From a virus: a stretch of DNA of 64,000 nucleotides. The notes beneath the pieces are model-generated. The model saw only the letters and a program-made list of their open reading frames with translations, searched no databases and was not told the DNA's origin. Made by a program: the position numbers and the translations under genes. Positions 37,795-46,051 of this stretch are shown here, one piece after another. Numbering within the stretch: the first letter of the stretch is position 1; each line of letters opens with the position of its first letter. The DNA is taken from the IMG/VR virus record IMGVR_UViG_3300032245_000473, positions 1 through 64,000 of that record; one strand, given 5' to 3'.

Positions 37795-40700
37795 TGGGAT
37801 TCTTCTCCACCTTTCTCCTAGAGAATGCCGTTACCGCTGCCGCCCCTATCACTACGGGGCCGGTTGATGTAACGCTCATGCTGCTGGCTCGCGCCCCCGA
37901 GTTGGAAGACGTAGAGACTAGATACGCCTTCAAGGGCGTGACCACCCCTGAATCGCTGGTGGCTCTGGATGGGTGGGAAGAAATCTCCGCCCCCGGGTAC
38001 AGCCGTCAGGTCAACGCCGGATGCACCATTTACACAAAGGGTTCAAACCAATATTTGATTCCTAAGACTGACATCCTGACGTTCTCCCTGTCTGCCGATA
38101 CTCAGGTGGAGGCTCTTGCTCTGCTGGTAGACGGAACGAAACTCGGGGGGTCAGCGGGTGCCCGTGTCATCTGCGTGACCACTACACCGTTTGCAAAGGA
38201 CCCGATACTTCGGGACGGGGACCGAATCACCGCCCTAACGGACAGCACTATCGGGAAGAAGTGGTACGTCGGGTGGTCCACCACGGACGTACTTCTACCG
38301 GTACCTGCCACGGTGTTCAAGAACGCAGCGGAAGGAACCACGGTTCTGTGGCAAGGACCTCCCAAGTTTGAGTCCTCTCGTATCCAACATGTGTGGCTTT
38401 CCCCCCAGCGAGTGAACTTCATCGCTAATCCCTCATTTGAATACACCCAATCCGTGTCTCCCCCTGCGGGCATGGTTATTGCAGCAGTTGGCCGTGAAAT
38501 CGCCCCAGCGATTGGAAAGGCCATGGATGCGGTGGTGTGCCTTGCTAACGTGCCCACCCCCATTTCTGCCAATGCATATGGGTCCGCTTTCAACGCTACT
38601 GTCACCCCCGCCAACAACAAGTTGGCTGGATACTGGCAGACCAACTCATATCCTCTCCGACTCATTCAGGGAGAAGAATGGGCTGGGTATGGCTCCATCA
38701 ACTGGCCCTCTCCGAAGTTGTCTGCCAATGCACAGAAGATGTCAAGGTACGTTCCTCAGTACGACCCTGAATCCCGTCTGTACATCAAGTCATCTCCCTT
38801 CTACCCCACCGGTCATAACTTCACCTTCCAATTGCTGGCCAAGGGCCGTGGGATTGCACGTGTCGGGTTGGCGTATTACGCACGTGATTACGTGGTGGAA
38901 AGTGCCGACTGGGGAATGCAGGACAATCTTGTGTTTCAAGAGTGGACGCTCTCCAGCGATCACTACACCTCGTTGAGGGGTCTTCGCTTCACGGATGACC
39001 GTGCCTATGAGGTGGCGCTCATTATTGAGGTGCGCGGGTATCTCACTAACCCGGACAACCCCAGTACTTACGTCACCCCGGAAATCATTCTGGACAATTG
39101 TCTCGTTGAGGAAGGCGAACTTCTGGACTGGCCGTACTTTGACGGCGACAGTACGTACGCAGCGCCCGGGGACTATTCATGGTACGGAGGAACGAGTCAG
39201 GCCGGGAAGTCGTACAGCCTGTGGTACAACAACCGTAAGTCTGTTTCGGCCCGCCTGTTCGGCAGGTTTGTTGATGATGACGCCCTCTACACAAACCGTG
39301 ATGAGCAGTTGGATAGCCTCCTATCGGAGTGGGTACCCACCGGCACACAAATTGTTCCCCACTGGGATGTCCTCAAGCCCGGTGACACTCAACTTCTTCC
39401 CGAAAACAGGGCCTCGGTTGTTCTTCCTGCTTCTCTCTGGCCGGAACAGTCGCAGAAGTTCTCCATTTACAATGTGGAGTCAGATACCGATTCCGCTGTA
39501 ATTCAGGTAATCGGTGAGGGAGCCTTTCCGGTTACACGGGGGTTTGTATACACAGAAGGCAGTACTTCGGTCCAGCCTCTGACTATCGCACCTCGCCCTT
39601 GGGAAGCGCCCGGTCTACGTCAGTACCAAATTGACGCCTTGAAATCGCAACTGTATGACTTGTCGGTGGCGCAGGAAATTAGTGTTTCATGGGCAGGAGT
39701 CCCGGCCTTCTCTACTAACCATGTCTACTTGGAGCGAGGCACTTCTTCATCCCCTCAGTCATGGGCATCGTTTACCCTCGTCGCTACCGCTGCTGCTGGC
39801 TATGACATTGCCGAGGGTATTGCGTACAGAGCAACCGCCTCCGTTTCTGCTCCGGTCAGTACTACATCCGTTACAGGTACGGCACTGGATGCAGTTGCAA
39901 GAACTTCCTTTGCTGCTGGACTCGCCTCCGGTTCTGCCCAAGCCTTTAGCCCCGGTTGGGATAACGCCACCAGTGGACAGGTACTGGCTAGTTCGACCGC
40001 TTCAGCCTTTGATGCCGTGGCCAACACTGCGATTGAGGTTGTGACAGCGGTCGCCTCTGCAACAGGAACTGCGTACAACAGCGGGGCAAACTCTTCCCCG
40101 ACAGCGGACAGCGCAGCGGGTATTGGTACTGCACTCGACGGCTCTACAAATCTCCTGAGGCTTGCCCCAGCAGAAACTGCCGTAGCGGTCGCCGCCACAG
40201 GAGCAGCGGGCGCTGCCGCCGATGTGAACATCGACATGGCGGCAACTACCGGTACCGGCTACACCGGTTCGACCGCTATTGGTGCGCTAGCGGAGCAGTC
40301 GGCAGCGACAGGTGCCGCTTACGACGTGTCGCAGTCGGTGGCCAACACTGCGGATTCGGCCTCTGCTACAGGTTCCGCTGCCGACGCCCAGTCCAGCATC
40401 ACGTTCTCTGTCGGTTCTGCCGCTGCTACTACCGCTGCCGCCGACGCTCAGTCCAATCTCGCACCGCCAGTTGAGACGGCCGCAGCATCTTCTACGGCAT
40501 ACGACATTGTGGACGAAATCGACGCCGTTTCGGCCGGTGTGGCCGACAGTGTTGCTACCGCTTACCAGCCCAATACCAGCGTTGTTGTTACATCCCTAGA
40601 AACGGCTACGGCATCCTCCACCGCATATGACCTTGTGGATGAGACAACTGCCCTTACTGCTGAGACAGCGACTGGCGTTGCTATCGGTTACACCCCCGGG

Positions 40701-41705
40701 ACTAATGCTGATACCACCATTCCGGTCGCAAGTGGTAGCGGTACCGCTGTCAACCCGGCGTCTCAAGTTGACACCAGCAGCACCACGGGAATCGGCTCCG
40801 GTCAATCGTTCAGCGTGTCGTTCGACACTGTCATTCCTACCCCGACCATCATCTCCTTCCAGCCCGAAACCTCCTACGGACAGATGGTCCTGCGGTGGAC
40901 AAACGGCACCGATGTCCAGACATATCTGGACACCGTGTTGGTGGAGGCTTCAGACAATGGGACGACGTGGACAACAGTGGCCAACTTCACCGCCGACGGC
41001 GCTGACACGCTCGCAGGGTCTGCCATGTCCATCGTTGTCGGTACTTACGCCGCCCCTGCTGCGGGAACATCGGACGACAAGTACGCCCGTGTGACCTGCA
41101 CTGACAAGGCCGGTAACTCGGCGTCAAGCACGGCAAGTTACGTGTTGATTCCGTCCCCGATCAACGTGGTCGCCACCGCCACCAACTCATGGCGAAACAC
41201 CAACGGCGGCGAATGGAACTCTCAGGCCAACAACCGGGTGTACCAGTGGTACTTCACCAACGCTGCTTGGAACGCAATCGGCTGCTACTTCTACGACAAC
41301 AACATCTCTAAGTGGCAGACGACCTACAACGGGACCGCAGCAACAGCGTCGCACGGTGTCCGCACAGCCTCTACCATGCGAATTCTGTTCACCCGTGACA
41401 ACGTCACTGGTTCTTCCGTAGGCCATGAACCGGTCATTCGCGCACACAAGATCGTTTCCAATCCCGGCAACGTGACTGGGTATGCAGAGCCGACCCTCTA
41501 CGACACGGAAACCAGTACGGGGCTGTCCCTTGGTCTAAACACCAATGGGTTCTACACGCTTCCGGCCTCGTATAGAGATGGTTTGTTCAATGGCACTTAT
41601 GAAGGCATCGCCCATCGTGACACCACTTCCGGTGTGTATGCGGCGTACTACGCCGTTTCTGAGAATGCCTTGTCTGGCATGATCGAAATCAACCATCTGG
41701 GGTAG
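37794..41705 (+). CDS. Large tail fibre/baseplate-attached protein with ~20-aa repeat tract
   Basis: 1303 aa; N-terminal small-subunit-like domain (EISAPGYSRQ); NPSFE/YFDGD carbohydrate-binding-like region; A/T/S repeats; FN3-like domain. Confidence 0.75.
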   Translation: MGFFSTFLLENAVTAAAPITTGPVDVTLMLLARAPELEDVETRYAFKGVTTPESLVALDGWEEISAPGYSRQVNAGCTIYTKGSNQYLIPKTDILTFSLSADTQVEALALLVDGTKLGGSAGARVICVTTTPFAKDPILRDGDRITALTDSTIGKKWYVGWSTTDVLLPVPATVFKNAAEGTTVLWQGPPKFESSRIQHVWLSPQRVNFIANPSFEYTQSVSPPAGMVIAAVGREIAPAIGKAMDAVVCLANVPTPISANAYGSAFNATVTPANNKLAGYWQTNSYPLRLIQGEEWAGYGSINWPSPKLSANAQKMSRYVPQYDPESRLYIKSSPFYPTGHNFTFQLLAKGRGIARVGLAYYARDYVVESADWGMQDNLVFQEWTLSSDHYTSLRGLRFTDDRAYEVALIIEVRGYLTNPDNPSTYVTPEIILDNCLVEEGELLDWPYFDGDSTYAAPGDYSWYGGTSQAGKSYSLWYNNRKSVSARLFGRFVDDDALYTNRDEQLDSLLSEWVPTGTQIVPHWDVLKPGDTQLLPENRASVVLPASLWPEQSQKFSIYNVESDTDSAVIQVIGEGAFPVTRGFVYTEGSTSVQPLTIAPRPWEAPGLRQYQIDALKSQLYDLSVAQEISVSWAGVPAFSTNHVYLERGTSSSPQSWASFTLVATAAAGYDIAEGIAYRATASVSAPVSTTSVTGTALDAVARTSFAAGLASGSAQAFSPGWDNATSGQVLASSTASAFDAVANTAIEVVTAVASATGTAYNSGANSSPTADSAAGIGTALDGSTNLLRLAPAETAVAVAATGAAGAAADVNIDMAATTGTGYTGSTAIGALAEQSAATGAAYDVSQSVANTADSASATGSAADAQSSITFSVGSAAATTAAADAQSNLAPPVETAAASSTAYDIVDEIDAVSAGVADSVATAYQPNTSVVVTSLETATASSTAYDLVDETTALTAETATGVAIGYTPGTNADTTIPVASGSGTAVNPASQVDTSSTTGIGSGQSFSVSFDTVIPTPTIISFQPETSYGQMVLRWTNGTDVQTYLDTVLVEASDNGTTWTTVANFTADGADTLAGSAMSIVVGTYAAPAAGTSDDKYARVTCTDKAGNSASSTASYVLIPSPINVVATATNSWRNTNGGEWNSQANNRVYQWYFTNAAWNAIGCYFYDNNISKWQTTYNGTAATASHGVRTASTMRILFTRDNVTGSSVGHEPVIRAHKIVSNPGNVTGYAEPTLYDTETSTGLSLGLNTNGFYTLPASYRDGLFNGTYEGIAHRDTTSGVYAAYYAVSENALSGMIEINHLG
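39800..40830 (+). repeat. About 17 degenerate ~20-aa repeats (A.A.GTAY[DN] type)
   Basis: e.g. ASATGTAYN, SAATGAAYD, AAASSTAYD, ATASSTAYD. Confidence 0.7.
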
Positions 41706-41720
41706 AGGTACAGTCTCGGC

Positions 41721-41978
41721 ATGGATTACGTGCTGTCGAGTTTCGCTGTGTTCTTTGTCTACTCTCTGCTGAACTCATACCTTGGTTTGCCGGGGTGGGC
41801 TTGGCGTGTAACTCTGGTTGCGTTGTCTGCTGGCGCATGGTGGGCGGTCGGCCCCCAAGGCTGGTGGCGTATCCCGATGATCGCCGGGGTTACAACGATC
41901 ATCAAAGGTACGGAAGCCTTGTTGTTAGTAACTCAGGACCGTGCTACAGTCGACCTCCTCCGCAGCCAGCGGAGGTAA
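41721..41978 (+). CDS. Small membrane protein
   Basis: 85 aa with hydrophobic segments; TACAGT-N6-ATG leaderless start. Confidence 0.65.
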   Translation: MDYVLSSFAVFFVYSLLNSYLGLPGWAWRVTLVALSAGAWWAVGPQGWWRIPMIAGVTTIIKGTEALLLVTQDRATVDLLRSQRR

Positions 41979-41995
41979 CACCGGAGGAATGCATC

Positions 41996-42808
41996 GTGAC
42001 CCTGTATGTGGTTCTGGGCGACGGCGAGATGCCGTCCAAGGAAGTGCCCCATCAACTGGAAGACCTGTGGGACAAGGCTGAGGCGGAGGACCAGAATTTC
42101 TGGTTCGCTCTGCTGGCCAAGGAACACCCCACCGCAACCGACTTGGAGTTGGTCAAGTTCTTCAACGCCAACGCCGTCCACTACGCCCTCATCGTGCCCG
42201 CAGATATGCAGGCACCCGACCTCTACACCGATGTCGCTGAGTACTTGGACGTGGACACCCCCAAGACCGGGGTGGACTTCGCCCTCAGTGAATTGGCTGA
42301 ACAGGGCGAGAAGACCGTCGCTCTGGCGCTCTTCAGCAACTTGGAAGAAGACGACCCGGCTGACGCCGAACTCATCGACTACATCGCCGCCGCTCTGGAG
42401 AAGGGTCGTGAGGTGTACGCCCTCAACGATTCCATGGAGCCGGTGGAAATCCGCACAGAAGAAGTGGCCCCGATGCCTGAGGCAACCGTGGTCCCGAAGC
42501 AGGAGGACCCCGTGGAATCAGCACCGGAAGTGGAAGATGCCCCCGACTTGGAGCCGTTGGACAAGCCCTATCTGGAGGGCCTGACCACGGCTGAATTGAA
42601 GGAACTGTGCAAGGGGATGGGCATTCCATACACCACTAAGGCTGCGGCCGTGGAAAACATCCTCGCCTACGAGGCTGCACCAGCCACAACCCACCCCGAA
42701 ATTGAGCGGATGTTGGACGAGCAGGATGAGATGGTCTTGGTGGTCATCCACTATCCCACCAGCATGGTGTCGAAGTGGGTCCCGGCTTCCGCTGTGGCAG
42801 GTCTGTGA
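41996..42808 (+). CDS. Acidic hypothetical protein with SAP/HeH-like motif
   Basis: GGAGG RBS then GTG; LEGLTTAELKELCKGMGI...KAAAVENIL. Confidence 0.65.
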   Translation: MTLYVVLGDGEMPSKEVPHQLEDLWDKAEAEDQNFWFALLAKEHPTATDLELVKFFNANAVHYALIVPADMQAPDLYTDVAEYLDVDTPKTGVDFALSELAEQGEKTVALALFSNLEEDDPADAELIDYIAAALEKGREVYALNDSMEPVEIRTEEVAPMPEATVVPKQEDPVESAPEVEDAPDLEPLDKPYLEGLTTAELKELCKGMGIPYTTKAAAVENILAYEAAPATTHPEIERMLDEQDEMVLVVIHYPTSMVSKWVPASAVAGL

Positions 42809-43287
42809 TGCAGACATTCGTTCCATACGGTGACGACTTTGAGCGCACCGCTCAGGTGCTGGACCGCCAGCGGCTGGGGAAGCAGCGAGTCGAAGCCTTC
42901 CAGATCGTCAAGGCTCTCACAGAGCCGACGTACGGGTGGAAGAATCACCCTGCCGTGAAAATGTGGGATGGGTACGTCGAAACGCTGGCGCAGTACGGCA
43001 TCGTCATGTGTCGTGAGTGGATTGGGCGGGGGTACAAGGACACGTTGCTGGAGCGGTTCTATCCGTACGCACCGTCGATGCAGTCGGACTGGCCTGAATG
43101 GCTTGACCGACCTGACGTGATGATCTCACACCGGTCGAACCTCATTCGCAAGCGCCCTGACATCTACCAGTCCGTGTGGCCCGATGTTCCCGGTGACCTC
43201 CCTTACGTCTGGCCAACCATGGAAGAGGAGAGTCATGCGAGGCCGACCGTGACTGACCAACTAGACCAAGCAGAGGAGAAACAATGA
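42808..43287 (+). CDS. Pyrimidine-dimer DNA glycosylase (MSMEG_6728-like/DenV family)
   Basis: MQTFVP...LDRQRLGKQRVEAFQI...GWKNHPAVKMW...SHRSNLIRK...LPYVWP. Confidence 0.9.
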   Translation: MQTFVPYGDDFERTAQVLDRQRLGKQRVEAFQIVKALTEPTYGWKNHPAVKMWDGYVETLAQYGIVMCREWIGRGYKDTLLERFYPYAPSMQSDWPEWLDRPDVMISHRSNLIRKRPDIYQSVWPDVPGDLPYVWPTMEEESHARPTVTDQLDQAEEKQ

Positions 43288-43523
43288 AGACAGAACAGCA
43301 GACCATCCGCATCGTTCGGACGAAGGCCGACGCCATCATGTGCCGTAACGCAGGGGAGAACGTCCTGTGCGTGGAAGAGGCCGCTGAGGCACTTCTGGCC
43401 TTCGGTGGTGCCGCCGACAAGATTGAACGGCTGCGTCCGTCGTGCGCCGCTCTCGCCGCCTATGAGGCAGCACGCCTGCTGGCCAAGATCTTCATCGACG
43501 ACAAGGAGGCCGACCGTGGCTGA
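43284..43523 (+). CDS. Hypothetical protein
   Basis: 79 aa, GAGGAG RBS. Confidence 0.6.
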   Translation: MKTEQQTIRIVRTKADAIMCRNAGENVLCVEEAAEALLAFGGAADKIERLRPSCAALAAYEAARLLAKIFIDDKEADRG

Positions 43524-43668
43524 GGAAGAGAACCCCCTCAAAGTGGTTGGGTGGTCAATCGCTATCGCTTGCGTTCTTGGGCTGATGATCCGTAGTTGCG
43601 ATCAAGAGCGGATACCTGACTATGGGTGTATCGAAGAGGTCACCCCATGGGGCGTAGAGTGCGCCTAA
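43516..43668 (+). CDS. Small membrane protein/lipoprotein
   Basis: AAGGAGG RBS; hydrophobic stretch ending LMIRSC. Confidence 0.55.
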   Translation: MAEEENPLKVVGWSIAIACVLGLMIRSCDQERIPDYGCIEEVTPWGVECA

Positions 43669-43677
43669 ACTTCGGAT

Positions 43678-44028
43678 ATGTTTGACTATCGCGCAGCAGT
43701 AGTACATATCACTGATGGCGATACCATTCGCCTTCTCATCGACATGGGGATGTATGTCCGCACTGAGCAGGCCATTCGCCTTCTCAATGTGTACGCCCCC
43801 GAGTCATCCACTTCCGAAGGAAGAATCGCCAAGGTTCAATTGACGAAGTGGGTCACCGACCACAACCATGGTGAAACGTGGCCTTTGCAGGTTGTGACAC
43901 AGAAGGACAAGCAGACCTTCAACAGGTACATCGGAGAGGTCACTTGCCTAAAGTGCCACGACGTACTGAACAACCACATGCGTTTCTTGGGCTACACAAA
44001 CCAAGGGACTGGCGCACCGACCACCTGA
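43678..44028 (+). CDS. Thermonuclease (SNase-like)
   Basis: ITDGDTI...IRLLNVYAPE...FNRYIG; TAAACT-N6-ATG start. Confidence 0.85.
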   Translation: MFDYRAAVVHITDGDTIRLLIDMGMYVRTEQAIRLLNVYAPESSTSEGRIAKVQLTKWVTDHNHGETWPLQVVTQKDKQTFNRYIGEVTCLKCHDVLNNHMRFLGYTNQGTGAPTT

Positions 44029-44041
44029 GCGTGTAAAAAGC

Positions 44042-44078
44042 GGAACGCCGTGGGGGTGCGGATACCCCACGGCGTTCC
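44042..44078. terminator. Strong hairpin (terminator-like)
   Basis: 14-bp perfect stem GGAACGCCGTGGGG/CCCCACGGCGTTCC; A-tract on the 5' side. Confidence 0.65.
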
Positions 44079-44155
44079 AGAACAACCCCGTCCTAGGAGC
44101 CGAACATGTCATACCGTACCAACCTGTACCTCTCAGTGCAACTACTGGAGGACAG

Positions 44156-44971
44156 ATGAGCATTCAAGCAATGTCCGAATGTTGGGGTCCTGACTTTCCC
44201 GTAACCACTGACCTACCGCTTGCCGAATCAACGATTCGACTAGTCGCTCTGGCAGTGGCCGATGTAGTCAACGACCTTTACGGCAACGAGTTCTTCAGTT
44301 CAGTTACCAAGTTGGCTACGAAAGTTGGCCTCAGCCGAGAGACGGTAGGACTGGTGCTGAGGCACTTGTGTGATACCGGAGTATTGGTGTTGGTAGAGAC
44401 TCGACCCGGCGGAACGACAAGATACCGATGGGTAGGGGTGACGGATCATCCGTCAGGTAGTTATCCACAACCTGTCGGAACCATCCGACAGGAGGTGACG
44501 GATGATCCGTCAGGGGGTGTCGGAACCATCCGTCACTATCCCAATAGAACCCAAGAGAGAACACAAGAAAGCCAACTACCGGCTGCGCCGGTCGTGGTAT
44601 CTCACTTCGGTAGTGATGGAGAAGAGAAGAACGAAGAACGTGATCCCGCTCCTGCCAGAGTCGTGGTCGACCAGTTTGAAGTTCTGTGGGGTCCGGTGGT
44701 GAGCCGCCATTCGGAGTACTGGTCCTACCCGGTGGTACCCCATCGGGTCGCCGCCTATTCATGGCTCAACAATCAGTACTTCAAGAACAAGAAACTTCCC
44801 GCCCGACCGGTGTCGCAGATGTTGGACTTGGTGAACTCGTTCATGCGGATGGTCGACACCGACCAGATCACACCAAAGCAGGGTTACAGCATCTGGCAGT
44901 GCTTCGTGGCGAACGTCGCCAAACTGGATGACACGACCTTCACCGCCCCAGCGCGTGAAATCGTGTATTGA
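44156..44971 (+). CDS. Replication initiator (N-terminal wHTH, lambda O-like)
   Basis: MSIQAM..W, RLVALAVAD, SVTKLATKVGLSRETV..VL..L HTH; internal iteron repeats; upstream of DnaC-like and DnaB genes. Confidence 0.75.
   Translation: MSIQAMSECWGPDFPVTTDLPLAESTIRLVALAVADVVNDLYGNEFFSSVTKLATKVGLSRETVGLVLRHLCDTGVLVLVETRPGGTTRYRWVGVTDHPSGSYPQPVGTIRQEVTDDPSGGVGTIRHYPNRTQERTQESQLPAAPVVVSHFGSDGEEKNEERDPAPARVVVDQFEVLWGPVVSRHSEYWSYPVVPHRVAAYSWLNNQYFKNKKLPARPVSQMLDLVNSFMRMVDTDQITPKQGYSIWQCFVANVAKLDDTTFTAPAREIVY
44439..44575. other. Putative replication origin: four palindromic iterons, a DnaA box and an A-rich tract
   Basis: TGACGGATCATCCGTCA (44439), TTATCCACA (44461), CCTGTCGGAACCATCCGACAGG (44471), TGACGGATGATCCGTCA (44496), TGTCGGAACCATCCGTCA (44518). 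Confidence 0.75.
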
Positions 44972-44997
44972 CATCTGCACCCCTACTGTCGTATCTT
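44968..44997 (+). promoter_or_regulatory. Sigma-A/70-type promoter
   Basis: TTGACA-N18-TATCTT. Confidence 0.6.
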
Positions 44998-45003
44998 CCC
45001 CTT

Positions 45004-45086
45004 GTCCTACCGGACATCCTCCTTCCCACGGGGTGGGCCATCGCCCCGTGGGAGGGGTCCCGGTAAGGACGGGACCCCAAAGGAGA
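45004..45086 (+). promoter_or_regulatory. Structured 5' leader with two competing hairpins
   Basis: Stems 45021-35/45042-56 and 45004-13/45060-70 versus alternative stem 45054-62/45070-78 next to AAGGAG. Confidence 0.55.
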
Positions 45087-45090
45087 ACCA

Positions 45091-45639
45091 GTGCCTGACT
45101 TCAGCGCACCCCGACAACAGATCGTTGACGACTTTATTGACGGGCTTTACGCCGATGGCCCTCGCTGCTTGTGGCTCTATGGCCCTCGCCAGTCCGGTAC
45201 CAGCACTTTGGCTCATCATGTCGCTCTGACCGTCAATCAGCATCTCATCGAAGGACGGCTTCTTTCCCTCCTGAACTACCCCCCGGGCGCACAGGTGAAG
45301 GCGTTTGAGTTGGAGGGGTTGCAGCGGGACATCTGGAAGTCCGAGTCCATTCTCCGTGTCAATGGCAATGACATCGGTTTGTGGGAAGAAGATCGGATTC
45401 TCAATGAACGGTGGGAGACTCTGATGGACTGCGACATTCTGTTCATCAACCAGTTGATTCAGCCGAACGTGGAGTTCTGGAAGAAGCACCTTCTTCTGTG
45501 TCTGGACAACCGTGTGAAGTCCGACCGTGTCACCCTTATCGCCGGTACCACTCCCCCTGAGGCGTTCGGCCCCGACTGGACCACCGGCTTCAATGCTCAG
45601 TGCATGGTTCGTAGGTTCGGTGCCCGTGGAGAAGGGTGA
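45091..45639 (+). CDS. DnaC/IstB-like helicase loader with degenerate P-loop
   Basis: LWLYGPRQSGTSTLA, CDILFINQL, LDNRVKSDRVTLIAG; position before DnaB. Confidence 0.65.
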   Translation: MPDFSAPRQQIVDDFIDGLYADGPRCLWLYGPRQSGTSTLAHHVALTVNQHLIEGRLLSLLNYPPGAQVKAFELEGLQRDIWKSESILRVNGNDIGLWEEDRILNERWETLMDCDILFINQLIQPNVEFWKKHLLLCLDNRVKSDRVTLIAGTTPPEAFGPDWTTGFNAQCMVRRFGARGEG

Positions 45640-46051
45640 TCTGTCGGCTCACGCCACGCCCCGAATGGTGGCCGTGCTGGAGGGTGTCCTTGTGGATGTG
45701 GAGACAACCACGGAGAAGAAGGGACTGTTCGGGCGGGAGAAGGTGACTGGCGTGAACTGGTCGTGGCTGGACTTGCCGCTGAAGAATCTCGTCAGTATCA
45801 AACGACGGTTTCCTGACGTGGCCGTGGACGTGGTGACTTTCATGGGTGACGAAGCCGCCGAGCGGGCCAGCACCTTCTTCAACAAATACGGCATTGATGA
45901 CTTCAATGATGTCTACGCTGCCGACTTCAAGGAGTGGTGCTGGTCACTCTCCTTCCGACCCGAGATTGTGCAGGTGTACGACAGCGATATGGAACGCCTG
46001 TATCACTACGGCCAACGTGGGTTTGCGGTGGTCAAGGGGGCTGCTTTCTGA
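45626..46051 (+). CDS. Hypothetical protein (HAD-like fold possible)
   Basis: GTG 45626; MVAVLEGVL; coupled to DnaB. Confidence 0.6.
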   Translation: MEKGDLSAHATPRMVAVLEGVLVDVETTTEKKGLFGREKVTGVNWSWLDLPLKNLVSIKRRFPDVAVDVVTFMGDEAAERASTFFNKYGIDDFNDVYAADFKEWCWSLSFRPEIVQVYDSDMERLYHYGQRGFAVVKGAAF

